NCBI GenBank assembly: GCA_964016885.1
Contig: OZ024742.1
Span: 221,712,001 to 221,776,000, forward strand
Reading direction: 5' to 3'
Length of the DNA: 64,000 nt
From: Eledone cirrhosa
Lineage: Eukaryota
Shown: piece after piece, positions 13,410 through 25,194 of the stretch
Layout of the letters: each line of letters opens with the position of its first letter
Position numbering within the stretch: the first letter of the stretch is position 1
The notes under the pieces: model-generated
Database searches by the model: none
What the model saw: the letters and a program-made list of their open reading frames with translations, nothing else
What the model was told of the DNA's origin: nothing
Translations under genes and position numbers: made by a program

Positions 13410-14753
13410 CAATATAAATAGTTTTATAGATAAATAGATTCGACATACCGTAACAACACCGACTTGCATTTGAAGAGGTTGAATTGGCAGTGAAAAAATT
13501 TTACACAGAGAGAAAGAAAGAGAGAAAAAAGAAAGAAAGACAGAAAACGAAGAAAAGGAAGAAAAAGAAGAAATGCATGGAACAAAATAGAGAGATGGAA
13601 AGATAGATAAAGAGAAGAACTTCATGTAAAGAAACAGAAAGAGATATATATATATATAGAGAGAGAGGAAATAGAGATAGATACATATATATATAGAAAA
13701 TTAGGTAGTGGGAGGTCAGTTGAGTAAATGTATCAATGATACATTTATTTATTTATTTATTTATTTAGCTCTAGTATTAATGTAAGGGAGATATATATAG
13801 AGAGAAAAAATATAGAGAGAGAAAAAAATAGCGAGAGAAACAATTTAAAAATAGCCAGATATATTCGAGGCGTAAAAACCGTATGTTTTAATGTATTAGT
13901 ATTTATAAAACTTCCACTATATTGTAAATATCAGTATTCCTGAATGAGACAAGTATCCATAGTGTGTGAAAATTAATTATCTTATGTTTAGTTTTTTAAA
14001 AAAATTCATATGTTTATGTGATAGCTACAAACACCCATGTGAATCCACATGATCAACTCTGCAAACTCTAGGTTCACGGAAAACATTCTCAATGTGGTAT
14101 AAAAATTTGAGTATACATATATGTGTATTATTATTCCTGTCTTTACTCTACAAGATTATCTATCAAGCAGAAATAGAGAGCAGATTTCAATATATATCAG
14201 AAGCAAAACTAAAAAAAAAATAACAATAATAATAATAAGTAATAATAAAATAGAAAACTAAAAAAAAAAAATATTACGAAAGAATATTACATATTAAAAA
14301 TATTACATATTAAAAAATTTACATATTAAAGATATTAAAAATAAAAATAAAAAATATTAGAAAATACTACAATAATAAAAAATAAAAATAAACCACAAAG
14401 ATCAACCCTTCAAAATTAATTGACAATATATTGCCAAGTTCATTATAAGCATCAGAGTCGAAAAACAGACAAAGCCAAAAAATTATCTATCAAATCACAT
14501 CTAGCAAAGATCATTTCAAAAAGTTTATGATGCCCAATTTGGTCTACATGTGTTCTTATATTTAATATAGAAGTTTATCTAGTGTAAGGTTTATTCAAAA
14601 TATTTGGAGCATCAGCTTTTATGGTAGCTTAATTTTTCATGAGGAATGTTTAAATAAAAATAAAATAAAAATAAAAAATAAAAAAGAATAAAAAGAAGGA
14701 ATCAAAGATTTATCGGCTAGTTTCCCATATAAATATAAATCAAACTAAATATA

Positions 14754-15416
14754 CTACATTTTAAATTTAAATTTATATTTAAACGTTGAGTTTAATCTAT
14801 GTTTGCAACAACTGAATAAATTTGTCCGTAGATTAAGGGAATTTTTAGATTTTAGTATAAAGAATATCTCCTCTGCACAGAGGTCACATGTCTCAGAGGA
14901 TGAATTAAAAGGAATCCCTCTTGAGACTATATTCCAAGCCGTCGAATATCTAACGTTATCTAGCTTAAGTTGCCAGAGTACGCCTGATAGTGCCGTTGAA
15001 GATTTTTTGCTTGGATCTGTGAAAGAATTCTTGTGGTTATTATAGCGAAGTTTAAATTCCGTCGATGTGGAACCGACATAGTTAAAAGAATTAGAGTCAG
15101 TATTAACATTACAATTGTATACTATATTTTTAACTAAGCAGTTGTTATTTAACGGACATTTAGATCTATCTCTACAGTTACATTTGTTAACTTGTATATT
15201 ATTTATGCCATTATCACTAGGTTTTAAGTTCCTATTATTTATTCTATTAATATTTTGTGCTAAATTTTTGGTGGATGAGTAGGTTAATTTAATTGTATGC
15301 CTATTGAAAATTGAGTGATACCTATGTGTTCTAGGGAAGCGATTATCAAGAGCTTTGAAAAATAGTTTAGCGATGTGGGTTTTAATGTTTAGTGAGAAAG
15401 GGGGGGGGCAAACCAA
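14754..15416 (-). CDS. PLE linker plus GIY-YIG endonuclease (frameshifted continuation of the RT ORF)
   Basis: PPFSLN, CNCRDRSKCPL (CxCx5C), IVYNC..YVGST..FKLRYNNHKNSF, CDLCAEE, LNLR..CCKH. Confidence 0.9.
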   Translation of the reverse strand: MVCPPPFSLNIKTHIAKLFFKALDNRFPRTHRYHSIFNRHTIKLTYSSTKNLAQNINRINNRNLKPSDNGINNIQVNKCNCRDRSKCPLNNNCLVKNIVYNCNVNTDSNSFNYVGSTSTEFKLRYNNHKNSFTDPSKKSSTALSGVLWQLKLDNVRYSTAWNIVSRGIPFNSSSETCDLCAEEIFFILKSKNSLNLRTNLFSCCKHRLNSTFKYKFKFKM

Positions 15417-16477
15417 ATTATGTTCCTAGTTCTATTTCTTTTTTGGCCTTTGGAATTATTGTAATGCTTTCTATTATAGTTGTTAAGGTTGTTGCCGTAA
15501 TTAAAAAAGTTGTTACTTTGTTTAGTTTGTCTATCATTATCTATGTACACAATCTTATCAGCATATCCTGCTCTAGCTAATGCTTCATTATAGTATTGGG
15601 CCTTTTCGTCGAAAATCTTTCTATTCGACGAGATCCTAGAGATACGTTTTTGAACAGAGTTTACTATAGTGTTTTTGACAGATCTGGGGTGGTTAGAGTT
15701 AAAGTTGACATAGTTTAAGTTTTCATTCAACTTGTGAAAAGGATAGTGGAGACATGTGTTGAGATTTAATGTTATATCTAGGAAATTGACTATTCTATGG
15801 TTGTTCTCAATTTCTATTTTAAGATTAAAGTAATTAAAAAATTTTGTAATTTGTTTACATTTTCTATTTAGTTCAGGGTTATTATTATTAATAAGTAAAA
15901 GCATGTCATCTCTATATAAACCTCCGGTAGTACCAGGTATTTTCCTATGTAGCGAATTGATTAAAAATAAGCCCACAAGGTCAGTTACCTGAGCTGAGTC
16001 GGATGATCCCATAGTTATGTCAAAATTGCTATCTCTATCTGCTCTGGTCCATAGTTTGTCATTAAATTCTATCAAAGTTTTCCTAGCCGATAATATAATA
16101 TGCATTTCTTTGCTAGTTAGGTCAGTATGTTTGAATGCGTAATTTAGTGCCTTATTTAGTAGACTAGGGGTAATAGAAGAATAATAGTTAGCTATATCAA
16201 GTTGAATAAACCTATTATTATTGTTATATTTAATTTGCTTAAACCACTCAACAACCTCTCCAGTTCCCTTCCACAAGCTCAGGTTAGATACACAATCCAA
16301 GTTCTTAATTTGCTGTATCACCCTGTCAAGAATGTTTTTGCTTAATTTGCCCAGGTCCGATTTTGATGGTGCGATCAATCTAACTGGCAGGTCATTTTCA
16401 AAATTCCTCTTGTGATCCTTCATATTGATCTTCGGTTTCCTGGGCACGAAAGGTTGTGTTCTGTTCTCAATTTCCAA
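15389..16477 (-). CDS. PLE reverse transcriptase (5'-truncated)
   Basis: PVRLI, QLDIANYYSSI (motif A), MGSSDSAQVTDLVG (motif B), LYRDD (motif C), VNFLDITLNL, YVNFNSNHP thumb. Confidence 0.92.
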   Translation of the reverse strand: MEIENRTQPFVPRKPKINMKDHKRNFENDLPVRLIAPSKSDLGKLSKNILDRVIQQIKNLDCVSNLSLWKGTGEVVEWFKQIKYNNNNRFIQLDIANYYSSITPSLLNKALNYAFKHTDLTSKEMHIILSARKTLIEFNDKLWTRADRDSNFDITMGSSDSAQVTDLVGLFLINSLHRKIPGTTGGLYRDDMLLLINNNNPELNRKCKQITKFFNYFNLKIEIENNHRIVNFLDITLNLNTCLHYPFHKLNENLNYVNFNSNHPRSVKNTIVNSVQKRISRISSNRKIFDEKAQYYNEALARAGYADKIVYIDNDRQTKQSNNFFNYGNNLNNYNRKHYNNSKGQKRNRTRNIIWFAPPLSH

Positions 16478-17390
16478 CTCGTTAATATGTAAATTTTTTA
16501 ATATGTAATATTTTTAATATTCTTTCGTAATATTTTTTTTTTAGTTTTCTATTTTATTATTACTTATTATTATTATTGTTATTTTTTTTAGTTTTGTTTC
16601 TGATATATATTGAAATCTGCTCTCTATTTCTGCTTGATAGATAATCTTGTAGAGTAAAGACAGGAATAATAATACACATATATGTATATTCAAATTTTTA
16701 TACCACATTGAGAATGTTTTCCGTGAACTTAGAGTTTGCAGAGTTGATCATGTGGATTCACATGGGTGTTTGTAGCTATCACATAAACATATGAATTTTT
16801 TTAAAAAACTAAACATAAGATAATTAATTTTCACACACTATGGATACTTGTCTCATTCAGGAATACTGATATTTACAATATAGTGGAAGTTTTATAAATA
16901 CTAATACATTAAAACATAGGGTTTTTACGCCTCGAATATATCTGGCTATTTTTAAATTTTTTCTCTCGCTATTTTTTTCTCTCTCTATATTTTTTCTCTC
17001 TATATATATCTCCCTTACATTAATACTAGAGCTAAATAAATAAATAAATAAATAAATGTATCATTGATACATTTACTCAACTGACCTCCCACTACCTAAT
17101 TTTCTATATATATATGTATCTATCTCTATTTCCTCTCTCTCTCTATATATATATATCTCTTTCTGTTTCTTTACATGAAGTTCTTCTCTTTATCTATCTT
17201 TCCATCTCTCTATTTTGTTCCATGCATTTCTTCTTTTTCTTCCTTTTCTTCGTTTTCTGTCTTTCTTTCTTTTTTCTCTCTTTCTTTCTCTCTGAGTAAA
17301 ATTTTTTCACTGCCAATTCAACCTCTTCAAATGCAAGTCGGTGTTGTTACGGTATGTCGAATCTATTTATCTATAAAACTGTTTATATTG

Positions 17391-17456
17391 TATTTTGTCT
17401 GAGGAAGGCATAGCATATTGTTAATATGATATCCCCGAAATATATATAATGAAATA
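17391..17456 (+). ncRNA. Minimal hammerhead ribozyme in the inverted pseudo-LTR
   Basis: TATTTTGT-CTGAGGA-[AGGCATAG CATATT GTT AATATG ATATCCCC]-GAAA-TATATA-TA^ATGAAATA. Confidence 0.75.
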
Positions 17457-17493
17457 AATATGGTTTTATAAATATAGTTTCCATTTATTTAAT

Positions 17494-17630
<137 letters not shown>

Positions 17631-17631
17631 T

Positions 17632-17706
<75 letters not shown>

Positions 17707-17708
<2 letters not shown>

Positions 17709-18716
17709 TTTCTGAATTTGTTTAGCAAGATTCTTTATTGGAAAACGTGTGTTGAAACCGATATTGTTATGGTTATGCTTTGGGAGGGTCATGTTGCCAA
17801 TAAGAAACACACGCACCAGTTTCTTTCACTCCAATTTATTATAAATTAAATTTATAAATTTAAGAATTTATAAATTTCCGGTTGGTTGGTTCCATAACCG
17901 GACATTTGTTCATATATTGTCAAAGTTCTTTCGTCACACATTCTGTGACCTCTTCAGTGACTGGGGATTCTTTTCTTTGTTTTGTGCCTCTCCTTTGTTC
18001 TGTCCTACGCCATCTTGTTTTTGCGTGTGTTGTGTGCTTAGTTTATGCATGTGTTACATCCGGGTGTCTGTGTGTGTTTTTATTTGTTTATTTACATGTT
18101 ACTGGCTGGTTGTTTGTTCTATGTGAATGTGTGTTTTCATTTTGTCCTTAATTGTAAGTTGTGATGTTGCTAGTCCATTCATGTTTGATATTTAATTTGG
18201 TTGGAGTTCATTTATGTTTATTGCCTCTGTGATTTGTCTAAACATTGCGTCTTTTTATCACAGAGGCAATAAACATAAATGTTTCACAGAGGCAATAAAC
18301 ATAAATGAACTCCAACCAAAATTAAATAGAAAACATGAATGGAATAGCAACATCACAACTTATAATTAAGGACAAAATGAAAACACTCACACACATAGAA
18401 CAAACAACCAACCAGTAACATGTAAATAAACAAATAAAAACACACACAGACACCCGCATGTAACACATGCGCAAACTAAGCACACAACACACACAAAAAC
18501 AAGATGGCGTAGAACAGAACAAAAGAGAGGCACAAAACAAAGAAAAGAATCCCTAGTCACTGAAGAGGTCACAGAATGTGTGACGAAAGAACTTTGACAA
18601 TATATGAACAACCGTCCGGTTATGGAACCAACCAACCAACCGGAAATTTATAATAAATTGGAGTGAAAGAAACTGGTGCGTGTGTTTCTTATTGGCAACA
18701 TGACCCTCCCAAAGCA

Positions 18717-18720
<4 letters not shown>
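17707..18720 (-). mobile_element. Non-coding fold-back PLE-like element, second family, with HHR-like motif in each arm
   Basis: About 17775-18235 is the reverse complement of about 18285-18720; about 26-bp duplication near the apex; tail 17707-17770 on one side only; embedded in (TA)n. Confidence 0.85.
18556..18598 (+). ncRNA. Variant minimal hammerhead motif (mirror copy 17919-17961 -, further copy 25638-25680 +)
   Basis: GTCA-CTGAAGA-G-GTCACA GAATG TGTGAC-GAAA-GAAC-TT^TGAC; extra G before helix II; CUU triplet. Confidence 0.6.
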
Positions 18721-18782
<62 letters not shown>

Positions 18783-18868
18783 AGATGTCAACATGAATGG
18801 AACTATTATTTTTATCTAAAGACATTTTTTCCGATTCCATCCCGCCTGTACCTTCAATCTATTTTATT

Positions 18869-18922
<54 letters not shown>

Positions 18923-20014
18923 GTGGCTATGACTATATATATATATATATATGTATGCGTGTAGTTCAAGGTAAAAGGAAGACAAACACTAAAAACAATA
19001 ACGTAAAGTCTTATTTGTTGAGAAAGGTTTCAACGTATTGGACGTCAGTCTATCATCAGGGAAAAGAAGAAAGAGAGAAAAATACAAAGAAGTGAAGGTT
19101 GCGAAAGATTAGTGCACTGCAAGCAGTTCAATATATATATATATGGAGAGGAGGGGGGGGGGAGATATTATATGCTACTATTTAAGACTAGTAAGACCAT
19201 TATTCGACTTCGTAGTCCATACTTTAAGGAAATTGGAGTGTAGATATTATATAACAGATAGGCCCTATCTGTCTAATATATATTTATATATATATTTATT
19301 TACGTACGTATATCACGACACGCACCGTGTTATATTTTGACGGTATTGTATTAGCTCAATGTACGAGAACAGAGCCGTTATATGTAAAAGAAACCAAAGA
19401 ACGCTTACATACTCAAACAGTCTTTATTTGCTTACAATGTTTCATCCATGCCGTTGGGTAGGAATCATCAGAGCTTAATAAACACAGTGCTGAGTATAAG
19501 CCCTACCAAGCTTAGTCACACGAACAATCGGAATACAATAGAGGGTAAAGATAGGGAGATCAGAGATGGCAAATAAGGAGAGAGTACATGCTGGGGTTGT
19601 TAAGCACCAGTAAGAAGAAAAAGAGGAGGGCAACCGTGTGTACAATAAATAAATGACTGCACATCTCCCTCTCTCTTTCATTGTAGGGTCTCTCCGCCAC
19701 TGTCTTGTTTATGATTGCTAATGAGGGAAAAAGGAAAAACACAAACACAATCTTTCCAAAAATGTCAGATATAAAATAACCAGTTATAATAACTTCAAGA
19801 AAAGAGAAAGAAACGAAGTTTATTTCATTCTTTACCCATATTTATGCGAAATATTCCTTGGTGTGTAGTGAAGCCATTGATAGGCTAATACTACTGTCAA
19901 TATAGCAGAGGTTAAGTGGTTGACAGGTGGCAGGAACTAGATGAACAAGTTTTGGTCAACCCAGTGACAAGTGGCTAATTGAACTGACCAGGTCACTTGA
20001 ATATTCACTACACT

Positions 20015-20311
20015 ATGGATAAACCTAGCATCTCAAGAAAGGTCCTTCGCTCTCCGAACCTACGGCGGAAGAAAAATACTGTCCCTGTCGAACAACGTGT
20101 TACTTTAGAGAAAGTATTAGGATTAACCATTAGCTCAACGGCTGGACTAACATGTGACCCAAATACAGGAGCTATAGCATACCAAGCAGGCTGTGTTATC
20201 AATATCTTTTATCCACGTCGCAACAAGCAAACTCACATTTTCAATGCTTCCAAGAAAACCATTACTGCAGTTGCTTTTTCTGGAGATGGCAAGCATCTTG
20301 TTAGTGGAGAG
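20015..20311 (+). pseudogene. MAPKBP1: Intronless 5' fragment (99 codons) of MAPKBP1/WDR62-family WD40 gene
   Basis: MDKPSISRKVLRSPNLRRKK..RVTLEKVLGLT..GLTCDPNTGAIAYQAGCV..PRRNKQTHIFNASKKTITAVAFSGDGKHLVSGE aligns with the MAPKBP1/WDR62 N-terminus (VTLEKVLGIT..LACDP..AYPAGCV..KTITALAFSPDGKYLVTGE). Similarity stops after GE, and the next bases are AT, not a GT donor. Confidence 0.88.
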
Positions 20312-20486
20312 ATTGTTTACCCACGTGCTGTCCCGATCGCTGCCGCTTTTACCAGGAATTGCTTTTGACATGTTCGTGACTGGATTGTGTGTGGAGACTT
20401 TGGTTATATAAAGTCTGGAGCTGAAAATTGAACACATTGTGCTATACGATCTGGGATCTTAAACATATGGAGGTTTTTTTAATGTA
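20312..20486 (+). pseudogene. Decayed C-terminal half of a Neptune/Poseidon-type PLE GIY-YIG endonuclease
   Basis: VPIAAAF / LPG..DMFVTGL / ELKIEHIVLYDLGS*TYGG..N resembles the PLE pattern P(V/I)A.HF..PGH..D..V.GL....E...I..LGTL.P.GLN; frameshifts and stops present. Confidence 0.55.
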
Positions 20487-21505
20487 TATATCCAGCATGT
20501 AATTCTTGTTACTGGATGAGATGCTATGTTTTAGTGATAGTATAAATCCAACTATTTTTACTTTTGAACGATCTACATATGTGTATAATTTAGACTGATT
20601 GGTTATCTAATGACAATCCTATTTCTATATAACCCCTAGACTATCGAGACATATGTGGCCGATTGGTCTAGCCTATACAGTTAATATACATGTGTGGTAA
20701 CTCTTTGCCAGTTGGTTTTACAGTAACTAAAATAATATTGTGGGGCTTTTGCTGCAGTTCTATCTTATAGTAACCCCGCTTTGCTTGTGTATGGCTTGCT
20801 TTATTTGTGGTGCCTGTCTATATACTTGTTATACTCCGCTCTATCCTGTAATAACCCCACTTCGCTTGTGTATGGCTTGCATTTATGTTACCTGTCTATA
20901 TGCTTGTGGAACACCCATGGGCTACGTGGTTCAAGTACCTACCAGTATACCTTGTATATGTATACCATGAATGGGGATTTTAATTACTGTGGCCTTTCTA
21001 GATGTACCTTACGAACATATTAGTGCTTATATAACTATAAGTTACTGAGATCCTATTCAAGGGACCAGCGCTTAAATTCCTCTAGCTTTTTTATGTGCTT
21101 TTTTCTTTTTTCTTTTTTCACTTCTTTCCTTTTAAAAACTCTAAAAAAATCTTTTACCTTTTTTTCACTTTTTATCTTTTTATATTATCTTCCTTTTACT
21201 TGTTTGTATTTTTTGATTTTGTGTGCCGTCAATTGTATCTGCATCTTGTGAGATCTACTTGTGCCCTAGAATTTAGCTGTGGTGCTTAACAACCCCAGCA
21301 TGTACTCTCTCCTTATTCGCCATCTCCGATCTTCCTATCTTTACCCTCTATTGTATTCCTATTGTTAGTGTGACTAAGCTTGGTAGAGCTTATACTCAGC
21401 ACTGCGTTTATTAAGCTTTGATGATTCCTACCCAACGGTATGGATGAAACATTGTAAGCAAATAAAGACTGTTTGAGTATGTAAGCGTTCTTTGGTGTCT
21501 TTTAC

Positions 21506-21580
<75 letters not shown>

Positions 21581-23269
21581 CATACATACATACATACATA
21601 CATACACACATACATACATGATGATGGCTGCCCCCTCGTTATCGAGCATGGCCATTGCACGATATACCATTATTAATAATTATTAATTAATTCTATCGTG
21701 CGATGCCTGAGTGTGAAGATATTTTTTAAAGTGAAGAAAGACTGTGCACTGAGCCAATCCCACTCTCTGAGCGACAGTAGCTATAACTCGAAAAGAAGAA
21801 AAGATCAACATCATCGGTAACTACTGAGCCGTAGGTTTTATATTGGAGTTATCCCAGTTTCCTGAGTTGCCTTCTCCTAGAAGAATACCCTCCCAGTGGC
21901 TTAACCGCGCGGTACATGTGTATATACATGTTTACACACTTTCGGATGGCTGTTGACTCTTATCAGTTCTTCCGCCCTTTGTTAGGTTTTGTTTTTTGTC
22001 CTGCAGGGTGTCCAAAATCACCCTCCTCACCAAGTAAACTTGGTGGGATTGCCGGTTTAGTCGCCGACGACCCAACCATGTGACAGGTTGTACTGGGTTA
22101 CATGTTATCAGTAGCACTCAAGAGTGACCCGACATAACATACATACATACGAACATTATATGTATGTGTGTGTGTCAAAATCTCTTCGCACATACTGACC
22201 CTCGAATCACATCTGGTTGCTATTTCTCTTTATCTCGGTTGATGTCAGTGGTCTGGAGAGGCTGGCCAACTTGATGTGGAGTGAGATAAGTTTTTTCTTT
22301 GGTTATTCGACTCGGGTTCCTCAGAAGAAAAGCATCACTTCGACCTGCTCACGCAAGTAGCCAGATGTAGCGCTTAGCAAAATGCTACGTCCCTCTCGAC
22401 AAGGGCCCGACAGCAATTCTTCCATTGGCACTTCAACCACACAGAGTCATCTGCCACTTGATATAGACAACTCAGCTTCCTTGCCACTGCTTACTACTAT
22501 CTATGCTGGTGCGTACTGTCTGACTACAGCTTGTCAGTTTTTAAGGGAACATCGCTTCATATATATATAAAATAAATAAATAAATAATTGTTTTTACTTT
22601 TGGCAGAAGGCCAGCATTTATCCCAGTGTATTACTGGTACTTTATTTTATCGACCCCGTAAGGATGAAAGGCAAAGTTAACCACGGCGGGATTTGAACTC
22701 AGACCATAAAGGGCCGTAACTCTGTGCTGCAAAGCATGGCGTCCGACCCTCTACCGATACTGTCAATCCACCAATAAATAAATAAATAATAAAACCACTT
22801 CCGATCAGCAAGCCACATTGGACATTGGAATAGTTTCTTTATTTTCCTCGGAAGAAGAGATATTAATCTCGAAATATCAAGACATGATTAAATTAAGGTA
22901 AAAAAACAAACAAGTCCTGTTTCTTACGTTTTGATTTTTATCCGCCCAAACCTACATTGTTGTGGCTTTCAAACTTCGAATTCTTTATACCATATACAAT
23001 GCTTCAAGTAAACTACAAATTCCTTCTTTCCATATATATATATATATTTATTAAAATAACAGATTAAAGTTTAAGCAAAGAATCGCTGCTTTCACCCTTA
23101 ACGGGATCTTCTGAAACTAACAAAGTCGATCTGTAAACGCAGAAGTGGATATTTCAAAAAACGTTGCAACTGGAGGAAGACAGGAAGACGATACTTTGGT
23201 TCGTGGAAACGTTCCCTGGCAAAGAACGGGAAAAAACGAATATAATACGTCATTAATACCCTCAATTTA

Positions 23270-24205
23270 TTGAATGGGTTGTATTACCCGTATAGAAAGC
23301 CGAATAATACGCTTAATTACATAAGTAAGCATTCCAACCATCCTGCCAGCATAACCAAGAACCTGGTAGGAAACATTTCGTTGAGGCTTCCCCGTCTATC
23401 TACTAACGAGCATATTTTCAACGACCATTCCACTTATTACAATGAAGCTCTTGCTCGGAGTGGATTTGTCGATAAGGTAGCATATACAGAGTACGAAAAT
23501 AGACCTAGAAGAAATAGATCCCGTCGCATTTGTTGGTATAACCCACCATATAATATGGAGGTGGCCACACCATTAGCTAAGATCTTTCTTTCCCTTATTA
23601 CGAAGCATTTTCCCCCTACACATAAATATAGTAAAATTTTTAATAGAAATACTATTAAAATTTCTTACTCTACGACTCCTAACCTTGCACATAACATCAC
23701 AGCTTCAAATTTAGCTAAACTACCTAGCCGTAGGAACACGTGCAACCCTGTAGTTAGTACTAACTGTAATTGTAGGAATCGGGTTGAGTGCCCCCTATCC
23801 GGGAATTGCCTCTCTAGTAACATTGTCTACAAATGTAAGGTTGAAACACCCACGTCCCGTAGGGCCTACATAGGGTTAACCGCCAATAGATTCAAGCAGC
23901 GTCTTTACATGCATACCCATTCTTTTCGTTACCCTCTAAGAAGGAATATGACGTCACTTTCAGCTTATATCTGGAGTCTAAAAGACAACCACACCCAATA
24001 TAAGTTACACTGGGAGATCCTAGCTAGGGCTAGATCGTATAACGGAAATAAAAGACCATGTGACCTCTGCGCCGCTGAGGCACTGGAAATACTCTACGCC
24101 ACAGACCACATCTTAAACAAAAAATCTGAGGCAATTTCGGCTTGTAAACATAAATTGCACAAAACTTTCCTGTATTACAGCCCCACGTTATACCCTAACG
24201 GATAG
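23270..24205 (+). CDS. PLE RT thumb plus GIY-YIG endonuclease (truncated, uninterrupted)
   Basis: YISKHSNHP, ICWYNPPYN, CNCRNRVECPL, IVYKC..YIGLT..FKQRLYMH, CDLCAAE, LNKKSE..CKH. Confidence 0.92.
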   Translation: MNGLYYPYRKPNNTLNYISKHSNHPASITKNLVGNISLRLPRLSTNEHIFNDHSTYYNEALARSGFVDKVAYTEYENRPRRNRSRRICWYNPPYNMEVATPLAKIFLSLITKHFPPTHKYSKIFNRNTIKISYSTTPNLAHNITASNLAKLPSRRNTCNPVVSTNCNCRNRVECPLSGNCLSSNIVYKCKVETPTSRRAYIGLTANRFKQRLYMHTHSFRYPLRRNMTSLSAYIWSLKDNHTQYKLHWEILARARSYNGNKRPCDLCAAEALEILYATDHILNKKSEAISACKHKLHKTFLYYSPTLYPNG

Positions 24206-25143
24206 TACGATCTATACGTGGATATTTTACGACTTGATGTGGTAGCTAAGTATATGTTTTGTTTATACCATTAATTATTTGCATAGGTAAGTATATATTA
24301 CCTGTATGTTTTGTGAAGGTACGTATACCTTCTCGTACGTATATTTGATTGTATATGTTATGGCGTGTAATTTTATATTTTCTGCTACATATGGTTTGGT
24401 TATGTGTATACGGTTGTTTTGCGTCTGTGTGAGTATGCAGGTTCGTACGTATGTAGGGTGTGTGTATATGTGTACTTCATGTTTTGGTTGACTTACGTCT
24501 CCGAACATTTGTGTATTTACATGTAGGTATGTGTGTGCGCTTGTTATATACGTATTTATTTATTTATATACGTTTATTTAATTATTTATTTACTTGTATA
24601 CACGCATACACACACACACATATTTATATGTGCGTGGTTTTATATACCTATGGTAAGTGTTTTCGCGTATGCTTGTGTATGTATGTATTTGTATGCGTGT
24701 ATGTATTTATTTAATTTCTATTACTTCTGTATTGTATTTATTTACTTTGTTCTTAACTCTGAAGCGGAGATTCATTCGGTGTCCTAGTTAGAATTTTAGT
24801 CTACGACTTCTGCTATACCATTTACGTGGTTTTGTCTTTGCGTGCAATTGTTCTCTACGCTCCACATATGACGTATTATCTTCGTTTTTTTTTGTTCATT
24901 GCCAGAGAACGTCTCTATGAACCACCTAAGAGAACATTAGTCTACGACCTCTTTTATACCATAAACGTGGTTCTGTCTGCGCGTAATTGTTTTTCACCGC
25001 TCCTATTAATGACGTATTATATTCGTTTTTTCCCGTTCTTTGCCAGGGAACGTTTCCACGAACCAAAGTATCGTCTTCCTGTCTTCCTCCGGTTGCAATG
25101 TTTTTTGAAATATCCACTTCTGCGTTTACAGATCGACTTTGTT

Positions 25144-25194
25144 AGTTTCAGAAGATCCCGTTAAGGGTGAAAGCAGCGATTCTTTGCTTAAACT
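25144..25194 (+). ncRNA. Variant hammerhead motif (CAGAAGA core); mirror copy 23068-23118 (-)
   Basis: AGTTT-CAGAAGA-TCCC GTTAA GGGT-GAAA-GCA GCGATTCTT TGC-TT^AAACT; all three helices form but the core has U4 replaced by A. Confidence 0.55.

Larger units (their letters stand above)
19320..21505 (+). mobile_element. Chimeric PLE insertion: inverted HHR pseudo-LTR arms enclosing host mRNA sequence and a GIY-YIG remnant
   Basis: About 19383-19608 is the reverse complement of about 21281-21505; HHR motif in each arm (19430-19474 - intact CTGATGA; 21415-21459 + TTGATGA); microsatellite on the right flank; left boundary approximate. Confidence 0.85.

Noticed and set aside
13398-13686. Duplicated hydrophobic ORFs (mirrored at 17114-17402)
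   Set aside because: CT-rich pseudo-LTR sequence duplicated by the inverted repeat; no protein signature.
19997-20368. Functional MAPKBP1/WDR62 gene exon
   Set aside because: No splice donor at the end of similarity, no downstream WD40 exons seen, and it sits inside inverted PLE repeats; treated as a retrocopy.
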